Of a DNA stretch of 21,221 nucleotides, positions 1 through 8,448 are shown in pieces (position 1 is the stretch's first letter; the number at the start of each line of letters is the position of its first letter). The translations under genes and the position numbers were made by a program. The DNA comes from Pseudomonadota bacterium. Lineage in GTDB: Bacteria > Bdellovibrionota_B > Oligoflexia > Oligoflexales > CAIMVM01. Under the pieces are notes generated by a model. It had not been told where the DNA came from. It saw only the letters and a list, made by a program, of their open reading frames with translations, and did no database searches. The stretch spans positions 1 to 21,221 of the forward strand of contig JBAXBA010000067.1 of the NCBI GenBank assembly GCA_037142195.1. Reading direction: 5' to 3'.

Positions 1-16
1 GAAATGAACAGTCAAC

Positions 17-607
17 TTGTTATGCACAAGTTTGCGTAAGTTTCATGTAGCGGTCTATGTCCACATCGAAGACTTCTTCGAGTGGTCTTTTTTATGCAGA
101 ATTCAAGGTTGCGGAAATGTCTCTATGGCAGAATTGATGCGTTATATCGCTCGCAATAGCCTAGCGAACACAGCTGTCGCCACCCAGAAACGGATAGAAG
201 CCGCCACTGCTGCAGGTAAAGTAGCCGAAGCCCAAAAGCTGCGGGCAGATCTGCGAGAAACGATTCGAATTCTAGGTTTTCATTCCGATGGGCGAGAGAT
301 TCTAGCTCTTAGCCGCGGCGAAACTGTGATAGCCCATGACATGGATTTGGGGGTTGATATACCTGTCAAGCTATTGGACTGGTCCTCGAAAACAGAGTTT
401 CGCGACGGCACCGATCTCTGAGGTGTTTTCTTTGATTTCCAAAATCTAGCAGATGAAGACTTTAAAGACGCTGCAAAACTTCGTTCGCAATTTGGCAATC
501 CGCCCCCTGGATTCTTAGCAAGCTCCATGAATGTAGCATCCAATCCGATGTTCATGGGTCGACCTAAAGTGGTCGCAACTTTATTTAACACCATTGGCTG
601 GCACTAA
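17..607 (+). pseudogene. Unknown protein interrupted by an in-frame TGA (probable pseudogene; 5' end unclear, first ATG at 125)
   Basis: ORF 17-421 ends in TGA (419-421), but the same frame stays open for 61 more codons (GVFFDFQNLADEDFKDAAKLRSQFGNPPPG...TIGWH) to TAA 605-607. The in-register antisense ORF 280-594 spans the junction. No family recognised. Confidence 0.5.
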
Positions 608-798
608 GAAACTGCAAAAAAAATAGCGTTTGTTTTTTAATTCGCATTCTTCAAATCGAGCCATACAAGCAGAAAGTCTTCCGTTATTTTCAGACATTTT
701 AATCGTTGCCTGCAATTCCTTGTTTACTCAATACGAAAAGGCCCTGTGCTGCAGGGTCAATCCCTGAAAGTGACTTGAACTGTCAAATTGCGCTGATT

Positions 799-846
799 GA
801 AAACTTGGTATAGAAAACTTGGTATAGAAAACTTAGTATAGAAAAC
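799..846. repeat. 14-bp tandem repeat GAAAACTT(G/A)GTATA, about 3.4 copies
   Basis: Units at 799-812 and 813-826 are identical, 827-840 has one mismatch, and a partial GAAAAC lies at 841-846. Confidence 0.95.
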
Positions 847-948
847 CGAATCAATATTTGGCTTACAAAAAGAGAAAGACCTTGATTCTGTGCAAGCTAA
901 ATATCAAGCCACCTAGAAATTACATAGGAGACGAAATGTTTAAGAAAT

Positions 949-1704
949 CTAATATTTTTTAATAAACCATTCTTTTTCAAGGCGAGTGCGCTTGCCATAG
1001 ACGCCATTTTTCGCTCTTTTTCCAACCGATACTACCATCACAATGTGGGCGTCTGATGGCAACCTGAGAAGTCTCGAGACTCTAACTTCATCAAAACCTT
1101 CCATGGGACAGGAGTCATAGCCATGAGCCCTCACCCCTAAAATAAAAGTCTGAATCGCTAGTGTTGTGGATTTTACTGCCCAGAGGAGAAGATCACTGGG
1201 GCCTCCTGGGCGCCTAGCTTGAACTTTACTAAGTCCTTTTATTCGATATTTGAGGGAGCGCAAGTGGCCTTTTAGTCCGAGTACTCCCTGTACAAGCATT
1301 TTTGGCAAGTCAACTTCATGATACCTGATTGCAGATTCTGAGACTCCCGGTTGAGACTTAAGAATCTTTACCAGTTGATCTAAATGGGAAGGCCAGGTTG
1401 CTGTCCTTGCCACGCAAACAATAAGGTCACTGGCTGTTTTGGCTGAAGGTTGGGAGTAACAAAACTCAGCGAGTTGCTTTTTTAGCTCACTGCTTCTGAC
1501 CCAATGAAATTCCCAAGGCTGAAGATTGCTAGAACTTGGAGAAAGCAAAGCCAATTCCAAACAGTGTTGGATGATAGATTCAGGGACAGGATCGCTCGTA
1601 TACGAGCGAACGCTGCGCCTAGAAAGAACAACTTTATCAAACTCATCTTGATTCAAGTCTATGTTGAAATCTATTTCAAGGGATTCAGGTATTTCTAAAT
1701 GCAT
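949..1704 (-). CDS. Nitroreductase family protein (FMN-dependent)
   Basis: RRSVRSY, LSPSSSNLQPWEF and GYDSCPMEGFD motifs typical of nitroreductases. Confidence 0.92.
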   Translation of the reverse strand: MHLEIPESLEIDFNIDLNQDEFDKVVLSRRSVRSYTSDPVPESIIQHCLELALLSPSSSNLQPWEFHWVRSSELKKQLAEFCYSQPSAKTASDLIVCVARTATWPSHLDQLVKILKSQPGVSESAIRYHEVDLPKMLVQGVLGLKGHLRSLKYRIKGLSKVQARRPGGPSDLLLWAVKSTTLAIQTFILGVRAHGYDSCPMEGFDEVRVSRLLRLPSDAHIVMVVSVGKRAKNGVYGKRTRLEKEWFIKKY

Positions 1705-1780
1705 GTCTCGTCCCTAAGTCACAATTGATATTAGAGGATAAGATAACGAATTTAGATATGCTAGGAAATACATTTCATTT

Positions 1781-2263
1781 TTAGTGATGGTGGCCACCGG
1801 CTCCATGGACATGTCCATGAGCAAGTTCTTCTTTAGAAGCCTCTCTGACTTCGATAACTTCCACACTAAAGCTTAAGTTTGTTCCCGCTAAAGGATGGTT
1901 TCCATCAAGAACCACATCTGCACCATTAACTTCACGTACCGTGAACATAACGGGACCGTCATCAGTATCAGCTACAAACTGCATTCCTATTTCGACAGCT
2001 TTAGCGTCTTCGAACTGACCAATATCTACAGTTCTAATGGCTTCTTGATCGAAATGCCCATAGCCTTCTTCGGGAGATACATTTACTTGAAGCTTGGCTC
2101 CCTTAGTTTTACCTTCAAGCTCTTTTTCTAAGCCTACGATAATGTTTCCATAACCATGTAAATAGGCTAACGGCTCGCGCCCTTCCGTGGTGTCTATAAC
2201 CGTCCCTTTGTCGTCGGTTAACGTATATTCCATCATCACGACGCTATTTTTTGCGATTTTCAT
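1781..2263 (-). CDS. slyD: FKBP-type peptidyl-prolyl cis-trans isomerase SlyD
   Basis: MKIAKNSVV..YTL, YLHGYGNII.GLE, PEEGYG, DGNHPLAG and a His-rich tail HGHVHGAGGHHH. Start moved to ATG 2263 (AGGA upstream). Confidence 0.96.
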   Translation of the reverse strand: MKIAKNSVVMMEYTLTDDKGTVIDTTEGREPLAYLHGYGNIIVGLEKELEGKTKGAKLQVNVSPEEGYGHFDQEAIRTVDIGQFEDAKAVEIGMQFVADTDDGPVMFTVREVNGADVVLDGNHPLAGTNLSFSVEVIEVREASKEELAHGHVHGAGGHHH

Positions 2264-2400
2264 GTTTAATCCTAATCCAGTCAAATTGAAGGCCGGAATC
2301 TATTCTGAAATTATAAAAATATCCAATGCTTTTTCAGCGTTTTTCATAGCTTGGCAGGGGGCCTTCGAATCTCGCCGAGGTCGATAACAATAAGAAGGCG

Positions 2401-2427
2401 TCAAGTCCATGACGATGGCGCCGATAG
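2401..2427 (+). promoter_or_regulatory. Sigma28 (FliA)-type promoter of the lipoprotein gene
   Basis: TCAAG (2401-2405)-N14-GCCGATAG (2420-2427) matches T(A/C)AA-N15-GCCGATAA with exact spacing, 26 nt before the ATG. SD GGGAG at 2442-2446. Confidence 0.75.
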
Positions 2428-2453
2428 GGGGTTAAACTTTTGGGAGAACTACT

Positions 2454-3227
2454 ATGAAAAAGATACTTTTAGGTTCCGTTTTAACGTTAATGACAGCCTG
2501 CGGCGGTGGAAACAGCGGTCAGAAACTCGTTAATAGTTTCGCATTTGAATACAAAGATGGTGATGCTCTTTTAGACATTGGTTTTTCTCAAGATTTCTCC
2601 CTCAACCTCGAAGTAACAAAGACTATCAAAGACTACGGCGCCATCTCATTTATTCCAGGCGCCGGTGACACTGGTTTTTCGATTCGTGCTTTGCTTGCTA
2701 CGAAAGCTTGGTTAGACGATGTCCTTACAGTCAACAAAACGAGCCGCCTGCCTAACGGCGCTCCATTTCCTTCCTACATAGGGACCCAGCTTTCGACGTT
2801 CGAATTCGCTAATGAGTCCAAGTTTAAAGGAATGCTCTATCTAGGTACGGAGCCTCAAAAGAAGTACGTAGGAACTACGGTTGCCTTGAATTTTGTGAGT
2901 CAGAATTTTCCATCTGGAATGACGGTGTCCCAGCGCCTCTTTAACGGTAAGAATGAGATTGTTGGCGTTGCTACTGCATACGGCCCCCTTCTTGACAAAG
3001 ATGGAAAGGTCGTACAGCCCGGCGGTCTCTTTGCAGCTGCTAACCTTTCCACTATTTTTCCTGGAATTGGCCTTGCATCAGCAAATAGGGCTGGAAAGAT
3101 GGAGATCCACACGGATGGAAACTTGGAAATCTATGCTCCCGCTGGCGTAAAAGTTTCAGATGAACAGGCCGTGGACTTCCTTTTGAAGTTTAAGAAGGAA
3201 GGCAAGGCAGCGGGGGTCTTTAAGTAA
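2454..3227 (+). CDS. Uncharacterised lipoprotein (257 aa, probably beta-rich)
   Basis: Signal peptide MKKILLGSVLTLMTA-C with a lipobox-like Cys16 followed by a GGGNSG linker. Good SD. No family recognised. Confidence 0.85.
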   Translation: MKKILLGSVLTLMTACGGGNSGQKLVNSFAFEYKDGDALLDIGFSQDFSLNLEVTKTIKDYGAISFIPGAGDTGFSIRALLATKAWLDDVLTVNKTSRLPNGAPFPSYIGTQLSTFEFANESKFKGMLYLGTEPQKKYVGTTVALNFVSQNFPSGMTVSQRLFNGKNEIVGVATAYGPLLDKDGKVVQPGGLFAAANLSTIFPGIGLASANRAGKMEIHTDGNLEIYAPAGVKVSDEQAVDFLLKFKKEGKAAGVFK

Positions 3228-3239
3228 CTCTTAAAGAAT

Positions 3240-3408
3240 CGTTGATCCTAAAGCGTGAACTCATTTTTTAGCCTTTTCCGAAATTGTCGTTTGTTGACTT
3301 TCTTGAAAGACAGACTTCCGGCTAGTTTGAAAGCTGCGGAAAATGAGTTGATGCCCTTGAAACAGATCGCAAGATCTCATAGATCGACGCATGCGAGTGC
3401 TTTTCTTC
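3240..3408 (+). ncRNA. Candidate structured RNA (long nested hairpin plus two GNRA-capped stems)
   Basis: Hand-found pairings: CGTTGATC 3240-3247/GATCGACG 3382-3389; AACTCATTTT 3258-3267/AAAATGAGTT 3340-3349; GTTTGT 3289-3294/ACAGAC 3310-3315; CTTT-CTTG-AAAG 3298-3309; AGATC-GCAA-GATCT 3364-3377; GCAT-GCGA-GTGC 3389-3400 followed by a U-rich tract. Confidence 0.4.
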
Positions 3409-3426
3409 TCACAGGAATCGGAATTA

Positions 3427-3455
3427 AAAAACGAGGCTTAAAATGCCTCGTTTTT
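3427..3455. terminator. Bidirectional intrinsic terminator between the lipoprotein gene and typA
   Basis: AAAAACGAGGC-TTAAAAT-GCCTCGTTTTT, a perfect 11-bp inverted repeat with A/T tails between convergent genes. Confidence 0.9.
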
Positions 3456-3472
3456 CTATTTATTGCTAGAGT

Positions 3473-5341
3473 CTAGCTCTTTTTACTGCGCGTTACCGAA
3501 CGCAAATTGGACTGCAGAACTTTCTTTCGAAGTCTGATGTTTTTAGGAGTTACTTCAATCCATTCATCATCATCTAGCCACTCAATACTGCGCTCTAGTG
3601 ACATTTGACGGATACCTGACAATTGGGTCAAGCCATCTGAACCAGCCGCACGAACGTTGGTAAGCTTCTTTTCTTTAGATGGATCCACATTGAGATCCTG
3701 CTCCCTGCTATGTTCGCCGATGACCATGCCTTCATAGACTTCTGTACCTGGATTCAAAAAGAGAACCCCACGCTCTTCAATGGAAGACAACGCATATTCC
3801 GTGGTCTTTCCTGTTCGGTCGGCAATGATGGCGCCGTTTTTACGGTGGAGCATCTCGCCCTTAAACGGCTCATACCCTACAAGCTCAGAGGAGAAGAGTC
3901 CCTCGCCGCGAGTAGCGGTAAGATAAGAAGATCTAATTCCTAGAAGTCCGCGTGAAGGAATGTCGAATACTAGTTTGACGCGATTGGCTGGCATATTTTC
4001 ATAGTGTGCCAAAACACCTTTACGGTTTTGGAACATTTCTGTAACGGCTCCAGTAAATGCATCTGGGAGATAGAGAACAGCACGTTCTACTGGTTCCTGC
4101 TTCTCACCGGCATCATTTTTAATCATGCGAACAACAGGACGCCCAACCATGAATTCAAGTCCTTCACGGCGCATAGTTTCAATCAAAATCGCAAACTGCA
4201 GTTCCCCGCGACCAAGAAGGAAGTATTGATCGGTAGAGTCCCCTTCTTCCATCTGAACAGCCACGTTGGCACGACATTCACGCTCTAAACGCTCGCGAAG
4301 TTTGCGGGACTGAATAGCTTCCCCTTCTTTACCTGAAAGGGGACTGGAGTTGATGGAAAAAATCATTCTCAAAGTAGGTTCTTGAACTTGAATTCTAGAA
4401 AACAAGTCAATTTCCGTCGAGCCACCAAGGGTATCGCCGATAAATACATTGTCATTTCCTGCAACAATACCAATATCACCAGCAGTCAATTCTTCGGTCT
4501 CAACTTCACGGTTGCTATTGTAGGTAAATAGTTTCGTTACGTTGAACTTTTCAGAAAACTTTTCGCCATTAGGCTTGACGCCTAAGCGAAAGATTTCTTG
4601 GCCTTTTCTGACTTTTCCAGCAATGACGCGCCCTACCGAAAGTTGGCCCACGAAGTTAGACCAAGATAGGTTGGAAAGCTGCATGGTAAAGACACCGTCA
4701 GGTTCGACTGTTGGACCCTTGAAACGATTTAAGATCAAATCAAAGAGCGGTTCCAAAGAGCCTTTTTTATCGCCTTTTAGAAGCAGAGGGATATCATCAA
4801 AAGTCTGCGTACACCAGCCTTCTCGAGCTACTGCATAAACTATCGGGAAATCACACTGTTCATCGGTAGCGCCTAGCTCTACGAACAGATCGAAAACCTG
4901 ATTTACGACATCTTGAATGCGATCACCCACCTGAACTTCAGGTCGATCCACTTTATTAATACAAAGAATAATCTTATGTCCCATTTTTAGGGCTTTTTCT
5001 AAAACAAAGCGAGTTTGCGGTAGAGGACCTTCTGCGGCATCCACAAGCAACACAGCTCCGTCAACGGTACCAATGATTCGTTCTACTTCTCCACCGAAGT
5101 CGGCGTGTCCTGGGGTATCTACAATGTTTAGCTTCACGCCTTTGACATTTACAGAGCAGTTTTTCGCCAAAATCGTAATTCCACGTTCGCGCTCAAGTGC
5201 ATTGGAATCCATCATACGATCTTCTGTTTTTTCATGGGCAGCAAATAAGCCCCCTTGCTTCAAAAGATGGTCGACAAGAGTAGTTTTGCCGTGGTCAACG
5301 TGGGCGATGATACATAAGTTTCTGATGTCCTGGCGAATCAT
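3473..5341 (-). CDS. typA: Translational GTPase TypA/BipA
   Basis: IAHVDHGKTT, ERERGITILAK, DTPGHADFGGEVER, NKVD, GRGELQ..IL.ETMRREG, VYEGM.IGE and EVTPKNIRLRK. Confidence 0.98.
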   Translation of the reverse strand: MIRQDIRNLCIIAHVDHGKTTLVDHLLKQGGLFAAHEKTEDRMMDSNALERERGITILAKNCSVNVKGVKLNIVDTPGHADFGGEVERIIGTVDGAVLLVDAAEGPLPQTRFVLEKALKMGHKIILCINKVDRPEVQVGDRIQDVVNQVFDLFVELGATDEQCDFPIVYAVAREGWCTQTFDDIPLLLKGDKKGSLEPLFDLILNRFKGPTVEPDGVFTMQLSNLSWSNFVGQLSVGRVIAGKVRKGQEIFRLGVKPNGEKFSEKFNVTKLFTYNSNREVETEELTAGDIGIVAGNDNVFIGDTLGGSTEIDLFSRIQVQEPTLRMIFSINSSPLSGKEGEAIQSRKLRERLERECRANVAVQMEEGDSTDQYFLLGRGELQFAILIETMRREGLEFMVGRPVVRMIKNDAGEKQEPVERAVLYLPDAFTGAVTEMFQNRKGVLAHYENMPANRVKLVFDIPSRGLLGIRSSYLTATRGEGLFSSELVGYEPFKGEMLHRKNGAIIADRTGKTTEYALSSIEERGVLFLNPGTEVYEGMVIGEHSREQDLNVDPSKEKKLTNVRAAGSDGLTQLSGIRQMSLERSIEWLDDDEWIEVTPKNIRLRKKVLQSNLRSVTRSKKS

Positions 5342-5466
5342 AGATTTCCCGAAATAAAGGTTTCTTAGCTTCCCGCAAAAGCGGCAGCCGCGGCATGATG
5401 CCTTAACTGGAGCAGAATATCCATCTCTTTTCTTGGGGTAACGCGCGAATAAGTTAAAGATATTAA

Positions 5467-5501
5467 TTTCCCAGCGGTGAAATTACCTCTATAATGCCGC
5501 C
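5467..5501 (+). promoter_or_regulatory. Probable sigma70 promoter of tkt
   Basis: Perfect TATAAT at 5490-5495 followed by GC-rich GCCGCC. The -35 is weak (TTTCCC/TTCCCA). SD AGGAGA lies just before ATG 5525. Confidence 0.55.
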
Positions 5502-5524
5502 ATTATCAAACTTTAGGAGACCCC

Positions 5525-7489
5525 ATGAAGGACCAATGGACGATTAATTGCCTGAAAAGCCTAGTCATTGATGGGGTCAGCAGAGCAAAGTCCGGCCACC
5601 CTGGAGGCGCGATGTCATCCATGGATTTTGCTTATCTTCTTTATACAGAATTTATGAACTTTCATCCCCAAGACCCCAAATGGCTCGGTCGCGATAGATT
5701 TATCTTAAGCGCTGGCCACGAATCCATGCTTATGTACTCCCTTCTTCATGGCATAGGTTGGCTAACTACCGACGATCTTAAATCTTTTAGACAACTGCAT
5801 TCACGCACCCCCGGGCACCCTGAAAACACGGAAACCCCCGGAGTAGAATGTACGACCGGGCCTCTAGGTCAAGGGGCGGCTATGTCGGCTGGTTTTGCCT
5901 TAGGAGCGAAACACCTCGCTTCCACCTTAGACCAGGATCTTTTTTCTTATAAAACTTGGGTCCTTCTGGGCGACGGTTGTATGCAAGAGGACGTGACCCT
6001 GGGTGCTGCTTCAATTGCGGGACATCTTAAATTAAGTAATCTTATTTGGTACTATGATCGTAATGCGATTCAAATTTCAGGTTCCATTCGTCGGGCTACG
6101 AGTGATGATGAGCAGAGGATATTTGAAGGTTTTGGCTGGAAGGTATACCGGGTTTCTGGGCATGATCACACCGCCCTTCGAAACGTCATGGCTTTAGCTC
6201 GTGCAGAAACTGAGCGTCCCGTTCTTATTATTGGCGACACCATTATGGCTAAGGGTGCAGCCTCACTAGAGGGTAGCCATAAAACCCATGGAGAGCCTTT
6301 GCCTGCAGCCGAAATGGCTGCTACCAAAGCGGGTTGGGGACTCCCTGAAACTGATTTTTATTGGCCGAAAAAGGCATCTGAGCACTTTCAAAGAAACTTT
6401 CAAGCTCTAAAGTCAAAAGTGGACACTTGGAATAAAAAGCTAGAATCCCGACTTGCAGATAAGACATTTCGCGACAAATTTAACGGCTACTTTGGATCTT
6501 TAAATGTCGAAAGCCTAGCTCCGATTTCATGGGACCGCACTAAGCCTATCGCCACTCGAAATGCATTTGGTAGAATTATCGAAGAGTGGGCCTTTTCCGT
6601 TCCCAACTTGATCGGCGGATCTGCCGACCTGGAGCCTTCCAATATGACCGGGGCTTTTGCTAAAAAAGTCGGAGATTTCCAAGCAGAGACCCCCCAAGGT
6701 AGAAATATCTCATTCGGCGTAAGAGAATTTACGATGTCAGCAATGTGCAATGGCTTGGCGCTCCATGGGGGCTTTGTGCCCTTTGACGCAACATTTTTAG
6801 CCTTTGCAGATTACTCTCGAGCAGCCTTGCGCCTTGGCGCTATTCAAAAAGTGCGCGTGATTCATGAGTTTACTCACGACTCTTTCTATCTTGGCGAAGA
6901 CGGTCCCACCCATCAGCCGATTGAGCAAGTTATGAGTTTAAGAGCCATACCTGACCTTATGGTTATGCGCCCAGCAGACCCATATGAAACAGAAGTCCTC
7001 ATGAAAGTGGCTCTAAAGAATCCTCATACTCCAGTATGTATTTGTTTAACCCGACAAGGCGTTCCCTATTTAAATGGACCCGTAGAACTGAGCGCTAAAG
7101 GCGCCTGGCAAGTCAAAGAGTCCACAAAGCCGGATTTAGTTATTTTTGCTACGGGCTCAGAGGTCGGCCTAGCCCTTAAAGCTGCAGAACAGCTTGAAAA
7201 AGACGGGTATTCCAAGTCCACTCGCGTGATTAGCGTCCCTTGCTGGGAATTGTTTTTCAGTCAAGATGAAGCTTATAGAAACCAGATTCTATCTGTGGAC
7301 TGCAAGAGAAGAGTTTCTATAGAAGCGGGAACCACACTTGGCTGGGAACGCTTTGTGGGACGAGAAGGCCTCATGATTGGTATCGATCACTACGGCGCCT
7401 CTGCTCCCGCAGGAGAGCTTGAAAAACAGTTTGGATTTACCCCTGAAGCTGTGGTTAAAAAAATAAAGAACCACAACTTTGGGCTATAG
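5525..7489 (+). CDS. tkt: Transketolase
   Basis: SGHPGG, RDRFILSAGH, TPGHPE, TTGPLGQG, GDG..N TPP motif, GGSADL, FGVREF and THDS..LGEDGPTHQPIE. Confidence 0.98.
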   Translation: MKDQWTINCLKSLVIDGVSRAKSGHPGGAMSSMDFAYLLYTEFMNFHPQDPKWLGRDRFILSAGHESMLMYSLLHGIGWLTTDDLKSFRQLHSRTPGHPENTETPGVECTTGPLGQGAAMSAGFALGAKHLASTLDQDLFSYKTWVLLGDGCMQEDVTLGAASIAGHLKLSNLIWYYDRNAIQISGSIRRATSDDEQRIFEGFGWKVYRVSGHDHTALRNVMALARAETERPVLIIGDTIMAKGAASLEGSHKTHGEPLPAAEMAATKAGWGLPETDFYWPKKASEHFQRNFQALKSKVDTWNKKLESRLADKTFRDKFNGYFGSLNVESLAPISWDRTKPIATRNAFGRIIEEWAFSVPNLIGGSADLEPSNMTGAFAKKVGDFQAETPQGRNISFGVREFTMSAMCNGLALHGGFVPFDATFLAFADYSRAALRLGAIQKVRVIHEFTHDSFYLGEDGPTHQPIEQVMSLRAIPDLMVMRPADPYETEVLMKVALKNPHTPVCICLTRQGVPYLNGPVELSAKGAWQVKESTKPDLVIFATGSEVGLALKAAEQLEKDGYSKSTRVISVPCWELFFSQDEAYRNQILSVDCKRRVSIEAGTTLGWERFVGREGLMIGIDHYGASAPAGELEKQFGFTPEAVVKKIKNHNFGL

Positions 7490-7529
7490 AAATTTGCAAC
7501 TGACCTCCTAGAAAGCCTTCCCAAGAGGA

Positions 7530-7558
7530 AAAGCCGTCTGGAAAACCTAGGCGGCTTT
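7530..7558 (+). terminator. Hairpin/intrinsic terminator after tkt
   Basis: AAAGCCGTCTGG-AAAAC-CTAGGCGGCTTT, a 12-bp stem with two G.U pairs, 40 nt after the tkt stop. The U-tail is short. Confidence 0.6.
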
Positions 7559-7703
7559 ACTCATGGAGCTAAAGATATTCCGCACTTCTACGATAAATGG
7601 AAGCTCTTCCTAATCTCCCTTGTAGAGGAAAAGCAAATCATAGCTGATAACAAGACCAATAAAAAAAAGTCGGACTTACAAACCACTAATTCGGGTCGGC
7701 GAA

Positions 7704-8369
7704 TTACCGCCCAGCAACACGAGGATAGCCGACAGCTTTCAGAAACCGGGAACTATTTTCGGCATAAAGCACCTCTGGCCTAAATCCCAGCCCCCGGTTT
7801 ACAAGGGTTTCAATGTCTTCGCCCGAATCATCGGTTTCAAAAAGAACCCTTCCGGCTGGGGCCTCTAAAAAACCCTGAAAGCCTCTAGAGGTCTTTTTTT
7901 TAAGTGCCGATCCATAGGAAAACCAAAGTCTTTCATCTTTTTCCAGCCACTTCATATCCCCTGCTGATGCCTGACAATCGTGAAGGAGAATTTGCCCTTC
8001 AAATTTAGAGTTCCTCAGAATCGGTTTCAGCTCACTCCAACTTCTCACAATATGCAAAACAACAAGAGATTTTTTATGGGCCTTTGCCAGATCCAAATGT
8101 TTTAGGAACCACGAAATTTGAGTTTCAAGTGAAGTCGCAATCGACTTGTCTATACCTGTCTCACCGACTCCAAGACACTCAGGATGCTCCATCCAAGAAA
8201 CCATGGTTTCAAGGGGCTCGTTCACTTGCTCGATCCACCAAGGGTGAAGACCTAGTACAAAAGGCCCAGTAGGTTGCCAATTTCCTCGGCAAACCAGCCT
8301 GACATCAGGGGACTCAATCTCAATAAGCCCCGGGGATCTTTTAGGACGGTGAGTATGCGCATCTAACAT
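7704..8369 (-). CDS. tatD: TatD family metal-dependent nuclease/hydrolase
   Basis: DAHTH, GLHPWW, VGETGIDK, LHIVRS, LLHD and FETD metal-ligand motifs. Confidence 0.9.
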   Translation of the reverse strand: MLDAHTHRPKRSPGLIEIESPDVRLVCRGNWQPTGPFVLGLHPWWIEQVNEPLETMVSWMEHPECLGVGETGIDKSIATSLETQISWFLKHLDLAKAHKKSLVVLHIVRSWSELKPILRNSKFEGQILLHDCQASAGDMKWLEKDERLWFSYGSALKKKTSRGFQGFLEAPAGRVLFETDDSGEDIETLVNRGLGFRPEVLYAENSSRFLKAVGYPRVAGR

Positions 8370-8448
8370 ATTAAAGTTGACCTCAGCCCAAGGAAATTCA
8401 CAAAGACAGACTCACCTAAGATACCACGTCTTTGCTATTCAGAAGCTC

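Noticed and set aside
20..28. TTATGCACA matches the DnaA-box consensus; with the AT-rich repeats at 799-846 it might suggest an origin
   Set aside because: Single box, about 770 nt from the repeats, with no box cluster and no dnaA/rep gene.
799..846. Repeat as a CRISPR array
   Set aside because: 14-bp contiguous units, no spacers and no cas genes.
2357..2422. Mutually exclusive hairpins (GCCTTC/GAAGGC vs GGCGTCA/TGGCGCC) and a T-loop-like TTCGAAT, suggesting a riboswitch or tRNA fragment
   Set aside because: They lie upstream of or within the sigma28 promoter, so are probably not in the transcript. No cloverleaf or known aptamer.
3255..3476. 73-aa ORF in the lipoprotein-typA gap
   Set aside because: GTG start without SD, runs through the terminator, no recognisable features.
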